DNA of 64,000 bases from IMG/VR virus record IMGVR_UViG_3300020187_000022, positions 4,336 through 68,335 of that record. One strand, written 5' to 3'. The translations under genes and the position numbers were made by a program. The notes under the pieces were generated by a model. The model searched no databases. It had not been told where the DNA came from and was given only the letters and a program-made list of their open reading frames with translations. Below, in pieces: positions 19,615 through 28,785 of this stretch (its first letter is position 1; each line of letters opens with the position of its first letter). The stretch comes from a virus.

Positions 19615-20526
19615 ATGCGCTACAAAAGAGCAACAGAAACAACACAAGTTTATTTAGAAAATCAACCCTTACCAAACCATGGTAAGAGCTATACAGTGGT
19701 ATCACACAAACAAGTGATAGAGAACACAAAAAAATTATTGGAGGATAGTGGTTTTACTATCCGTAGAGAACTATATAGAGCAAACATGAATGCCCAAGTA
19801 GCACAGGGTATATATCATATTTATCCTACACAGTCAAATGTTGATAAAATCAACAATGAGTCTGAATTAGGAATGATGTTTGCCTGGACAAACTCTTATG
19901 ATAAGAGTACAAGATTTCAATGTGCAATTGGTGCATACGTAATGGTATGTAGTAATGGTATGATGTGTGGAGATATGATGAATTTTAAAAGAAAACATAC
20001 AGGATCCGCAGTTCATGATATTTCAATGCAATTAAGCAATCAGATTAAAAGTGGTGAAAAGCATTACACACGCATCTTAAATGATAGAGATTCATTAAAG
20101 AATGTTACATTAACAAATCGTCAGCAGTCTGAATTACTGGGACGTTTGTTTGCAGATGAAGAGATTATAACATCTTCTCAAGTATCAATCATTAAAAAAG
20201 AAATGAAGAAGCCTTCTTTTAACTATGATTGTTCAGATGATAATGCTTGGGCTTTTTATAATCATGTCACACATTCTTTAAAAGTGTCTCCACCAAGAGA
20301 TTGGATGCAAGACAGTCAAAACTTTCATGATTTTATGATGAATGAAGTTGTAGCTAATCAACCTATACCTGCTAATTCAGATTTCCAATGGGAAAATGTT
20401 GTGGTTAATAGTAATATTTCAGAAATTGATACGGAAGGTTTAGTTGATATTCAAGACCATGAGCTAATTGAAGTTGATGAAAATATTTCAGAGGGTCAAT
20501 TACTGTATGAAGCATATACATCATAA
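19615..20526 (+). CDS. DUF932-like protein
   Basis: SYTVVSH, NSYDKS, VMVCSNG, FKRKHTG and AWAFYNHVT. Confidence 0.7.
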   Translation: MRYKRATETTQVYLENQPLPNHGKSYTVVSHKQVIENTKKLLEDSGFTIRRELYRANMNAQVAQGIYHIYPTQSNVDKINNESELGMMFAWTNSYDKSTRFQCAIGAYVMVCSNGMMCGDMMNFKRKHTGSAVHDISMQLSNQIKSGEKHYTRILNDRDSLKNVTLTNRQQSELLGRLFADEEIITSSQVSIIKKEMKKPSFNYDCSDDNAWAFYNHVTHSLKVSPPRDWMQDSQNFHDFMMNEVVANQPIPANSDFQWENVVVNSNISEIDTEGLVDIQDHELIEVDENISEGQLLYEAYTS

Positions 20527-20612
20527 CAGTTGATTATTATACTGCAAATATTAGTAAGTATAGTATTTGTATATCTTTGCATATATAAAAACCAAGAATA
20601 GCTATTAAAATA

Positions 20613-20650
20613 GAGAAGGGGTAGTTTTTACACCACCCCTTTTCATTTTA
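20613..20650. terminator. bidirectional terminator between the replication (+) and virion (-) modules
   Basis: GAAGGGGTAGT...ACCACCCCTTT hairpin, A-rich on the left and T-rich on the right, between convergent genes. Confidence 0.7.
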
Positions 20651-20663
20651 TTTTTAGTATTGT

Positions 20664-22901
20664 TTATGAGTATATTCTTATTTCAAACATCACTCGTTGA
20701 AATTGTTGAATATTTGTATTTGTTACTGCATTATATACTTTGAATTGAACGTCATTAACGCTTATATCAAACAGTCTACCAAAATTATGATCACTTGCTA
20801 CATCAACTCCAAAGTCAACATATAAACTATTTTTATCTACCCATGGTGTATTAGGAGTAATAAAAAACTCATCTTGTCCACCTGGTCCTGTAAATGCATA
20901 AGTTTTACCTGTATTGTTTTGTAAAATAACAGCACCCCAAGTACCACCTGAATAAGTCATATATCCTACAACAGTAGTATAACCAGCACCATATATTGTA
21001 CCATTAGCAACTGCAGTAACTCTACCTTGTTGATCAACTGTTAAGTTTGCATTAGTATATGCACCCGGTGTTACAGCAGTGTTATCTAAGTCAACTGTTA
21101 ATGTATCTGTTGCAGTTACTGTGGTTGTTAAACCAACACCACCGGCTATTAATGCTGTATTACCTGTAGCTATTGTTTCTGCAGTTCCGGTATCTCCAGC
21201 TAAATCCCAACCAGCATAAGCTGCTGATTGAGCAAAGTTAATTGTAGTTGGATTAGTAGTAGTATCCATAGTAACTCCGGCGCCTGTAAACTCAAACATT
21301 CCTGATTCAGTATTACTACCTACTTTAATACTATTTACTGTATTAACTGATACTGCACTTATAGTTGTAGTTTTAACACCGCTTCCATCTGTATTAACTG
21401 ATTGTGATAAACCACTACCAATAGTTACTTTATCAAACCAATATCCTTCTGCAGTATCTGCTGCGTCTATTTTAAACTTAGCATCAGCACCTGCAGCATA
21501 ATCAGGAATGTTTAAAACTCCTGCCGCCAATGTTGCAGCACCAGAAGTACCTGTTGTTGTTAAACTTGTAACTGTTGCAGCTGGTGTAGTTGCCCAAGCA
21601 CCATCTTGTCTTAAGAACTGACCTGCTGTACCACCATTCAAATCTAATGAAATTGAAGGTGTTGTTGTTCCATCCACAACTGCTGCAGTAAAAGCTGCAA
21701 TATCTGTGGTAAAATCAACAGATGTAACTGTTCCACCACCACCGGTAGCATAGTCTGGTATATTTAATACTCCTCCTACTAAAGTAGCTGCACCCGATGT
21801 TCCTGTAGTTGTTAAACTAGTAAAAGGAATTGCTGGGAATGTTACTAAAGCACCATCACCCGATACATATTGACTACTAGCACCTTGCCAAGTAAAAGCA
21901 ATAGCTGGCGTTGTAGTTGCAGTAGTAACACTAACTTGTAGTGCAGTACCATCAGTCGTTGAGCTTACACTTGAAACGGTATCGCCCCATAACAGTTGAC
22001 TTGAACTATCAGAAATTAATATTTTACCTGCTGTACCTAAACTTGCAGCTGCATCTTTAATATAACCTTGGAATTCTACTGAACTATTAAAAGTAGTTAA
22101 ATCATCATCTGGATCTTGACCTATAGTTAAAACATGAACAGCACCTATATCCTCTTGAATCATTGTTACTGCAGCAGCATCACCTATTGAACCAGCACCA
22201 GTCCACATTGCCATGTGTTTAGTTGTTCCTGTACCGGTTACACCTACAGAAGCTGAAGACCAACTTGCCGTAGTTCCGTCTGATGTTAATACTTGTCCAG
22301 CTGTTCCTATAGCTAGTTCTTCTTTGACGTTTGCCGCACTACCTCTCCAAATACTTCCGTATGTAAGAGATACAACCGGGTCATCATCTGACCAAACAAC
22401 TCTACCATCTGCTAAAGATCTTAGAATTCGGTTTGCTGCTCCCGCCGCAGTGCCTGCAGAATCATGAATAACATTAAATAAAGATGTTTTATTTACTATG
22501 TCTCCTGATATTCCTAGATTTATATTTTTTGATAATATAGAATCTTCGTTAACTGTTAAGGCGCCTGTTATTGTTATTAAAGTATCTGTGCTATTTTGAG
22601 TTATGATACTATCCTTAAGGGCATCTAAAGAACATATTGCATCTTTCACAGTGTATACTGGTATCTTACCTTCTACACCGGAATTTTCAATAGTTACGGT
22701 TAAGTCTTGCCTTACATCACAAAAAAAATCCTGATACTTAATAGTAAAAGGTTCCATTTGTGCTATATAACTAGAAGAAGTATTTATTCTACTAGTAGAT
22801 GCTAGTTTTCCAAATTCAAAATAATCTCTATCTCTTTCAAGGGTAGTTTTTTTCTTATTTCTTTTTAATAACCCTAATATCTCTTGTATTAATATGCTCA
22901 T
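20664..22901 (-). CDS. tail fibre-like protein
   Basis: T/G/A-rich. GTAGQVLTSDG-type turns, duplicated TSLTTTGTSGAATL..GVLNIPDYA, and VTPGAYTNANLTVDQQGRVT fibre motif. Confidence 0.75.
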   Translation of the reverse strand: MSILIQEILGLLKRNKKKTTLERDRDYFEFGKLASTSRINTSSSYIAQMEPFTIKYQDFFCDVRQDLTVTIENSGVEGKIPVYTVKDAICSLDALKDSIITQNSTDTLITITGALTVNEDSILSKNINLGISGDIVNKTSLFNVIHDSAGTAAGAANRILRSLADGRVVWSDDDPVVSLTYGSIWRGSAANVKEELAIGTAGQVLTSDGTTASWSSASVGVTGTGTTKHMAMWTGAGSIGDAAAVTMIQEDIGAVHVLTIGQDPDDDLTTFNSSVEFQGYIKDAAASLGTAGKILISDSSSQLLWGDTVSSVSSTTDGTALQVSVTTATTTPAIAFTWQGASSQYVSGDGALVTFPAIPFTSLTTTGTSGAATLVGGVLNIPDYATGGGGTVTSVDFTTDIAAFTAAVVDGTTTPSISLDLNGGTAGQFLRQDGAWATTPAATVTSLTTTGTSGAATLAAGVLNIPDYAAGADAKFKIDAADTAEGYWFDKVTIGSGLSQSVNTDGSGVKTTTISAVSVNTVNSIKVGSNTESGMFEFTGAGVTMDTTTNPTTINFAQSAAYAGWDLAGDTGTAETIATGNTALIAGGVGLTTTVTATDTLTVDLDNTAVTPGAYTNANLTVDQQGRVTAVANGTIYGAGYTTVVGYMTYSGGTWGAVILQNNTGKTYAFTGPGGQDEFFITPNTPWVDKNSLYVDFGVDVASDHNFGRLFDISVNDVQFKVYNAVTNTNIQQFQRVMFEIRIYS
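21495..21821 (-). repeat. intragenic duplicated repeat (25-aa core)
   Basis: 21747-21821 and 21495-21569 encode 23/25 identical residues with many synonymous differences. Confidence 0.85.
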
Positions 22902-22904
22902 AAC

Positions 22905-23249
22905 TTATATATATAATGCAGCTACTGTAACCGATGCTACCGCTGAGTATTCTATTTCTATAGTACCGTCTGTACTATTAAATGCTTCTGTTTCAAATGG
23001 ACCTAAAAACCCTTCTTCGCCTGCACCAAGTATTAGTGTTGCTGTTTCTTTAACAAGTGTTCCTAATAAAGGATCTACAACTGTTGTTATAACCGGAGTT
23101 ACAGTTGAAGTAACAGACACACCACTTCCATTTTTAACATGAAAATATTGAATTCCTGTATTTAGTACTAAGTCTCCCGCTACTGCAGCAGCTGCGTAGA
23201 CTGGCTTTAAACCAGATTGTGTAATTTGTTGTGCTGTTAATGTTGCCAT
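22905..23249 (-). CDS. putative small beta-rich virion protein
   Basis: 114-aa A/T/V/G-rich ORF in the late cluster. Confidence 0.55.
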   Translation of the reverse strand: MATLTAQQITQSGLKPVYAAAAVAGDLVLNTGIQYFHVKNGSGVSVTSTVTPVITTVVDPLLGTLVKETATLILGAGEEGFLGPFETEAFNSTDGTIEIEYSAVASVTVAALYI

Positions 23250-23255
23250 ATCTTT

Positions 23256-23474
23256 TTATTTACAGTATCCGTTTTTAAAAGCTTCTGATTGAACAGGCTC
23301 TATAGCTCTTGTTGAAACTTGCTTAGCTTGAAAACCTTGTGAAGCTAGTCTTTCTCTAGTTGCAGTTGCAGTTGCGTTTTTCTTTGCTTGAATTTTAGCA
23401 GGTATACTAGTAGGATTATAATATCCATTAGCCACCTTTCCATCTCCCATAGGGAATGATACTTTTTTAGCCAT
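23256..23474 (-). CDS. small basic hypothetical protein
   Basis: 72-aa K/A-rich ORF. Confidence 0.6.
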   Translation of the reverse strand: MAKKVSFPMGDGKVANGYYNPTSIPAKIQAKKNATATATRERLASQGFQAKQVSTRAIEPVQSEAFKNGYCK

Positions 23475-23476
23475 GA

Positions 23477-23662
23477 TTATTTCTTTTTAGAGTTTGATCC
23501 ACCATACATCATTGGATCTAATACACTACCACCATTCATAAAACCCATAAGACCTCCGCCTTTAGCCATTGCTCTCATTCCTGCTTTTTGTGGAGTTATA
23601 TCCCCATCTCCGGCACCCATAGTAGATCCACCACCGTTACCATATTTTTTTACATTTCTCAT
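23477..23662 (-). CDS. mini-protein of Phi-x-x-GG motifs
   Basis: YGNGG, MAKGG, FMNGG and MMYGG in 61 aa. Confidence 0.7.
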   Translation of the reverse strand: MRNVKKYGNGGGSTMGAGDGDITPQKAGMRAMAKGGGLMGFMNGGSVLDPMMYGGSNSKKK

Positions 23663-23667
23663 AATTT

Positions 23668-24072
23668 CTAATTTTTATTGTTTTTTACTTTTTCTATTGA
23701 TCTTCCACCAAAATAGGCACCAATTACTGTTATTAAAACTAACTGTAATAAATCAACCCACTTGTCTTCTACTATAAAATCTATAACTCCAGCGTCTATA
23801 AATACTAATATTACTGTTGATACAACTAAGAATACAAGAACCATAGGCCTCACATTTTTGCTGAGCCATGAATCTGAATTCATGTCTGAGGACCACCTTG
23901 AAGTTATTTCTTTTTCCATTTCAACTTCATGCTTAGCTATTAGCTCTTTTATTTTTAATTCAGCAGCAAGCTTCTCATCTTTTGATGTAATAAGTTCGTC
24001 TAAGACAGTACCTATCCCCTCAACTAATTTAGTTGCACCGCTTGAAAATAATCTTGTTATAAAGTTAGGCAT
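23668..24072 (-). CDS. holin (GTA 3TM holin-like)
   Basis: SDSWLSKNVRP followed by hydrophobic helices and YFGGRS.EK. Confidence 0.8.
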   Translation of the reverse strand: MPNFITRLFSSGATKLVEGIGTVLDELITSKDEKLAAELKIKELIAKHEVEMEKEITSRWSSDMNSDSWLSKNVRPMVLVFLVVSTVILVFIDAGVIDFIVEDKWVDLLQLVLITVIGAYFGGRSIEKVKNNKN

Positions 24073-24077
24073 ATCTT

Positions 24078-24389
24078 TTATTTACCGCTATATGTATTAT
24101 GTGTACCACCACCTAGTTTATATGCTTGTTTAGTTTCTTTACCTGTTTCAGCATTGCGTGCTAATCTTTTAGCATTACCACCTTTTCTCATTTTTTCAGT
24201 AACAGAACCAAACATCATTTGATCAAGCTCTCCACCAGTTCTCATTAATAACTTAGACTGTTGTCTAGTTAATTTTTGAGAAGGCATTGAACCTCCACGT
24301 TTAAAATATCCCATATCCTTAACTACTCCGGGTGCTTTCTTTTTTAAAGCAGCCAAACCTGGCTGTGATTTCGGATTAATCTTTTTCAT
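24078..24389 (-). CDS. basic mini-protein of Phi-x-x-GG motifs
   Basis: FKRGG, MRTGG, MMFGS, MRKGG and YKLGG in 103 aa. Confidence 0.7.
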   Translation of the reverse strand: MKKINPKSQPGLAALKKKAPGVVKDMGYFKRGGSMPSQKLTRQQSKLLMRTGGELDQMMFGSVTEKMRKGGNAKRLARNAETGKETKQAYKLGGGTHNTYSGK

Positions 24390-24399
24390 AATTTAATAT

Positions 24400-24546
24400 T
24401 TAAAAATCTAAAGTAAATGTTACAAAGAACAAATAAACTTTTACAGTTGTATAATTATATTTCTCATCAGGAAACATTGTTTCCCATCCTAAAGCAAATC
24501 TATCGTGAGGCCAATGAAAAGCTATCTCTAATTCCCAGTTCCCCAT
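24400..24546 (-). CDS. hypothetical protein (48 aa)
   Basis: MGNWELEIAFHWPHDRFALGWETMFPDEKYNYTTVKVYLFFVTFTLDF*, read by hand. Confidence 0.55.
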   Translation of the reverse strand: MGNWELEIAFHWPHDRFALGWETMFPDEKYNYTTVKVYLFFVTFTLDF

Positions 24547-24647
24547 TAAAGAACAGATTTAGTTTTGCTACATAAACCTTGACGGCAATATTTTAAACAA
24601 ACTTTACCCTTAGTAATCCATTGTATTAATAAGCAGACTTGTTTCAT
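24546..24647 (-). CDS. small Cys-rich hypothetical protein (33 aa)
   Basis: MKQVCLLIQWITKGKVCLKYCRQGLCSKTKSVL*, start and stop overlap both neighbours. Confidence 0.4.
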   Translation of the reverse strand: MKQVCLLIQWITKGKVCLKYCRQGLCSKTKSVL

Positions 24648-24895
24648 TTTACTGATTTTTTTCTACCTTTTCTAGATTTACCCTTAATTGCATCATCAAT
24701 ATCTCCAAGTTGATTACCAACTTCTTTTATTGCTCTCCCTACATCTTGTAACTCTTTGGAGGTTAGTTTATACCTTTTTTTGATTTCTTTTAATGTAGCT
24801 ACAGCCTTTTCATCTAAAGAAGTTCTTGACCATATAGCTCTCCAATAATCTTGAAGGCTGTAAGTCCATATTACATTTATGATTTTTTTAAACAT
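24644..24895 (-). CDS. hypothetical basic coiled-coil protein
   Basis: 83-aa ORF, first gene after the intergenic promoter region. Confidence 0.65.
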   Translation of the reverse strand: MFKKIINVIWTYSLQDYWRAIWSRTSLDEKAVATLKEIKKRYKLTSKELQDVGRAIKEVGNQLGDIDDAIKGKSRKGRKKSVK

Positions 24896-24919
24896 CTTTT
24901 CTATTATTAATGTGTATAC

Positions 24920-24937
24920 TATTAATATACAAATAAA
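24920..24937 (-). promoter_or_regulatory. candidate phage late-promoter motif TTTATTTGTATATTAATA
   Basis: 18-bp exact match to 57406-57423; both lie just upstream of - strand starts. Confidence 0.55.
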
Positions 24938-25049
24938 GATTTACTAACTCAAATAATTCTTATATTTGTTGTCTTACTGGTAAAATCTGTATATATATAA
25001 TATACAAAATTTTTACTTAAATATCTAAAAATTACAAAATTATCTAATT

Positions 25050-25238
25050 ATGAATAAAATTAACCCCGTTGTTTTTAAAAATAAATTTTCATTGCAAATA
25101 CTACCTACTGAAACGCTATTAGGCATTAAGACAGTTAATTGTGAAGTACTTTGTGAAGATGATATCTATCGTCCTATAGTGGGATTTGAAATAGGTTTAA
25201 TATTTTTTACTTTTTCATATGTAAATATGTCTATTTAA
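25050..25238 (+). CDS. hypothetical protein
   Basis: 62-aa ORF; TATATTTG at 24961-24968 upstream. Confidence 0.55.
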   Translation: MNKINPVVFKNKFSLQILPTETLLGIKTVNCEVLCEDDIYRPIVGFEIGLIFFTFSYVNMSI

Positions 25239-25284
25239 ACTTTTTAATTAGGTATATTTTTTTTAAATTATATATACGTCTCCC

Positions 25285-25318
25285 AGCTGCATTTCTTTAA
25301 ATATGAATGCAGCTTTTT
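25285..25318 (+). terminator. hairpin plus T-tract upstream of nrdB
   Basis: AGCTGCATT-N12-AATGCAGCT-TTTT. Confidence 0.5.
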
Positions 25319-25337
25319 AATCTATAATATTACTTGC

Positions 25338-26318
25338 ATGAACAAAAACATTTTTAAGTCTAGAGAAAATATATTACCCTATGAGTACCCGCAGTTATTA
25401 GCATACAAAGATGCAATAAGACACTCATATTGGATAGATACAGAGTTTAACTTTACTGAAGATATACAAGACTTTAAAGTAACTATAGACCCAAAACAAA
25501 GGGATATCATTAAAAAAACAATGCTTGCTATTGCACAAATAGAAGTAAACGTTAAAACATTTTGGGCAGACATGTATAAACGAATGCCAATTACTGAAGT
25601 TGGTGATGTAGGAATGACATTTGCAGAATCTGAAGTGAGACACAAAGATGCTTATGCTAGATTACTTAGAATTCTTGGTCTTGAAAAAGAATTTCAAAAT
25701 GTGATTGAGGTGCCGGCCATTGCGGGAAGGTTAAAGTACTTAAAGAAGTACCTGGATGGTACACGCTCAAGAGATGATAAGATGTATACTAAATCAGTAT
25801 TGCTTTTTTCTTTGTTTATTGAGCATGTAAGTTTATTTAGTCAATTTTTAATTATGATGTCTTTTAATAAAGAGCTAAATTTGTTAAAAGGTATATCTAA
25901 TGTTGTAGAAGCAACATCAAAAGAAGAAGAGATCCATGGTAACTTTGGAGCTGAAATTATTAATATTATTAAAAAAGAGAACCCTGAATGGTTTGATGAA
26001 GAGTTTAAAGAACTAATTTATTCTGCTTGTAAAAAAGCTTATACTGCTGAGTGTGGTATACTAGATTGGATCTTTGAAAAAGGTGAACTAAAATTTCTAT
26101 CTAAGGAAACTATTCAGAACTTTATAAAAAACAGATTTAATAATTCTTTAGAAAAGATAGGTATGAAGTCAACCTTTGAAGTTGACAAACAACTATTAGA
26201 ATCAACTGAGTGGTTTGATGTAGAGATTACAGCAACCAAAGAAGGAGACTTCTTTTACAAGAAGAGTGTTGATTATAATAAAAAAAGTAAGTCTATTACA
26301 GAAGATGATCTTTTTTAA
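25338..26318 (+). CDS. nrdB: class I ribonucleotide reductase beta subunit (class Id/NrdBi-type)
   Basis: E69-x3-K73, E99xxH102, Y106, IEHVSLFS, EEIH and DFF. Confidence 0.93.
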   Translation: MNKNIFKSRENILPYEYPQLLAYKDAIRHSYWIDTEFNFTEDIQDFKVTIDPKQRDIIKKTMLAIAQIEVNVKTFWADMYKRMPITEVGDVGMTFAESEVRHKDAYARLLRILGLEKEFQNVIEVPAIAGRLKYLKKYLDGTRSRDDKMYTKSVLLFSLFIEHVSLFSQFLIMMSFNKELNLLKGISNVVEATSKEEEIHGNFGAEIINIIKKENPEWFDEEFKELIYSACKKAYTAECGILDWIFEKGELKFLSKETIQNFIKNRFNNSLEKIGMKSTFEVDKQLLESTEWFDVEITATKEGDFFYKKSVDYNKKSKSITEDDLF

Positions 26319-26338
26319 ATCTTTAACACCAAAAAAAG

Positions 26339-26530
26339 ATGAAGTTTATAAAATTTTTTCTTATATGGTATAGTCAGCAAATGGCTATACCTTTTTGGAT
26401 AATTGGTCATGTGCATTTACACTTTGCTACTTGGCACAACTTTTATGAATACGCACTGTCTATTTTTTTACACTTAATGGTGGCTATAGGCTTTTGGATT
26501 GATTGGAAACAAAACGGAAATAAAAACTAA
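26339..26530 (+). CDS. small His-rich membrane protein
   Basis: 63 aa, two hydrophobic segments, lies between nrdB and nrdA. Confidence 0.6.
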   Translation: MKFIKFFLIWYSQQMAIPFWIIGHVHLHFATWHNFYEYALSIFLHLMVAIGFWIDWKQNGNKN

Positions 26531-26536
26531 AACAAT

Positions 26537-28162
26537 ATGGAATACAAAAAATACTATTGGTTAAATGAAGACAGTAGAACTTTCTTATCAAGAGGATATA
26601 TAACAGAATCACCAGAGCAAAGAATTAAAGACATTGCAAATAAAGCAGAAAAGTATTTAAATATAAAAGGTTTTGCAGAAAAGTTTGAGGGTTATATGTC
26701 AAAAGGATATTACTCTTTATCTACACCGGTATGGATTAACTTTGGTAAGCAAAAGGGTTTACCCATTAGCTGTTACGGATCTAATATAGATGATAACTTA
26801 GATAGTATCCTGAATGCTGGTCGTGAAATTGGAATGATGTCTAAGTATGGAGGTGGAACTTCTGCTTACTTAGGAAACATTAGAGCAAGAGGAACAGAAA
26901 TATCTACAGGCGGTTTTGCAGATGGACCAGTTCATTATGCTAAGATATATGACACTGTGGTGGATGTATGTAAACAATCTGAAGCTAGACGAGGAGCATG
27001 CGCAGCATACTTACCTGTAGAGCACTCTGATATTTTAGAGTTTTTAGACATTGGTACGGATGGTAATCCTATTCAAAATCTTCAATATGGTGTTACAGTT
27101 GGTAATGCCTGGATGGAAGAGATGAAAGCCGGAGACAAAAACAAACGTAAAGTTTGGGCTAAGATTATTCAAAACAGAAGTGAGATTGGATTTCCATACA
27201 TAATGTTTAAAGATAACTCTAATAACAACTCTCCTTATAAAGAGATTGGTATGGAGATCACGGCTTCAAACTTATGTTCTGAGATTCAACTTCCTACAGA
27301 TAGCTATAACTCTTTTGTATGTTGTTTAGGATCTATTAACTTATTACACTGGGACGAGATAAAAGAAACTGACGCAATTGAAACATATGTATATTTCTTA
27401 AATGCAGTGATGGATGAATTCATTATTAAGTCTGAGACTATGCCCGGTATGAAAAGAGCATTTAACTTTGCTGAAAAACATAGAGCAATTGGCCTTGGTG
27501 TATTAGGTTACCATTCATTATTTCAATCAAAGCTTCTTGAGTTTGACTCACTACAAGCTAAAGGATTAAACAGTGAGATATTTAGAACTCTTAAAGATAG
27601 AAGTGAGATTGCTTCTAGAGAGTTGCATAATGAGTATGGATATACATCTCTAAGAGAAGGGTATGCTAATACTACTCTTATGGCTATTGCTCCTACCAAG
27701 TCTAGTTCATTTATACACGGTGCTGTATCTATGGGTATAGAACCTATTAAATCTAACTACTTTATTAAAGATCTTGCTAAGTCTAAAACAGTATATAAAA
27801 ATCCGTTTTTAGAAGCTGAACTAGAAAAGTATGATTTAAATAACAGTAAGACCTGGCAGTCTATACTTAAGAAAGATGGAAGTGTACAACATTTAGATTT
27901 TCCTAGTAAAGGAGTGTTCAAGTCTTTTGTTGAGATATCTCCTAAAGAGATTGTATTGCAAGCTGCTCAAAGACAAAAGTATATTGACCAGTCACAGTCA
28001 TTAAACTTAATGATTGACCCATCTGTCTCAGCTAAAGATATTAATAAGTTGTATATGTATGCCTGGGAAGAAGGAGTTAAAACTTTATACTATCAGTTTA
28101 GTAAAAGTAGTGCACAGGATTTTGCACGTAATATATTAGAATGCTCAAGTTGTGAAGGATGA
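26537..28162 (+). CDS. nrdA: class I ribonucleotide reductase alpha subunit (short, no ATP-cone)
   Basis: ISC, GGG, SNLCSEI, CCLGS, IAPT, TLYY and C-terminal CSSCEG. Confidence 0.95.
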   Translation: MEYKKYYWLNEDSRTFLSRGYITESPEQRIKDIANKAEKYLNIKGFAEKFEGYMSKGYYSLSTPVWINFGKQKGLPISCYGSNIDDNLDSILNAGREIGMMSKYGGGTSAYLGNIRARGTEISTGGFADGPVHYAKIYDTVVDVCKQSEARRGACAAYLPVEHSDILEFLDIGTDGNPIQNLQYGVTVGNAWMEEMKAGDKNKRKVWAKIIQNRSEIGFPYIMFKDNSNNNSPYKEIGMEITASNLCSEIQLPTDSYNSFVCCLGSINLLHWDEIKETDAIETYVYFLNAVMDEFIIKSETMPGMKRAFNFAEKHRAIGLGVLGYHSLFQSKLLEFDSLQAKGLNSEIFRTLKDRSEIASRELHNEYGYTSLREGYANTTLMAIAPTKSSSFIHGAVSMGIEPIKSNYFIKDLAKSKTVYKNPFLEAELEKYDLNNSKTWQSILKKDGSVQHLDFPSKGVFKSFVEISPKEIVLQAAQRQKYIDQSQSLNLMIDPSVSAKDINKLYMYAWEEGVKTLYYQFSKSSAQDFARNILECSSCEG

Positions 28163-28431
28163 TAAAAGATTTTAAAGTTTGGTGGAAAAGATTGCTAAAG
28201 CAAATGGTAAGGGATAGAAGATTATCCCCTGCTGAACGCTTAGGAACAAGAGTGGGTTACATGGGTGTAGGTTTTTTAATCTGCGCCCAATGGACCCTTG
28301 AGCCAGTATTATTTATAGTTGGTTTTATTTGTGTATTGATTCAAGTATCAATTCGTAGACAATGGAATTTAGTAGCTCTTCAACTTAATGGTTTACTAGC
28401 TTGGCTAATACATTTTATTATGGGCCTATAA
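28159..28431 (+). CDS. small membrane protein
   Basis: 90 aa with about three hydrophobic segments; ATGA overlap with nrdA. Confidence 0.65.
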   Translation: MIKDFKVWWKRLLKQMVRDRRLSPAERLGTRVGYMGVGFLICAQWTLEPVLFIVGFICVLIQVSIRRQWNLVALQLNGLLAWLIHFIMGL

Positions 28432-28440
28432 TAGTGATTG

Positions 28441-28752
28441 TTATTTTCTAAGCAAGCTTTGATTTTCTTTTTTTAAGTAGTCAACTTCTACTCTAAGGGC
28501 GTGAACTTCCGCAACTAGGTCTAAAACCTGCTGCCTTAATATATCCTTTTCTTTACCACTACTTTCTAATAAGTCTTCTAGGTTGGTAACCCTAGTTTTT
28601 AAATCATTTCTATATTGCACACCCTCATTGTTTTGTAATTCAAATCTTTTTTCTTCTATATTAGATTTTAGTTTAGCTTCAAAATATCTCCAAATAGAAG
28701 CGGAGCCTAAAACGCCTATAACAGCTAATATTATTTGCAGAAAATTGTCCAT
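28441..28752 (-). CDS. N-terminal TM plus coiled-coil protein (possible holin/spanin)
   Basis: FLQIILAVIGVLGSASIW followed by heptad repeats. Confidence 0.6.
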   Translation of the reverse strand: MDNFLQIILAVIGVLGSASIWRYFEAKLKSNIEEKRFELQNNEGVQYRNDLKTRVTNLEDLLESSGKEKDILRQQVLDLVAEVHALRVEVDYLKKENQSLLRK

Positions 28753-28785
28753 TGTGTATTATTTATTGTTGTGCAACCAATCATA

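Noticed and set aside
16946-28162. Introns or inteins in polB, nrdA or nrdB
   Set aside because: The ORFs are uninterrupted and of compact length; the ORF between nrdB and nrdA is hydrophobic, not a homing endonuclease.
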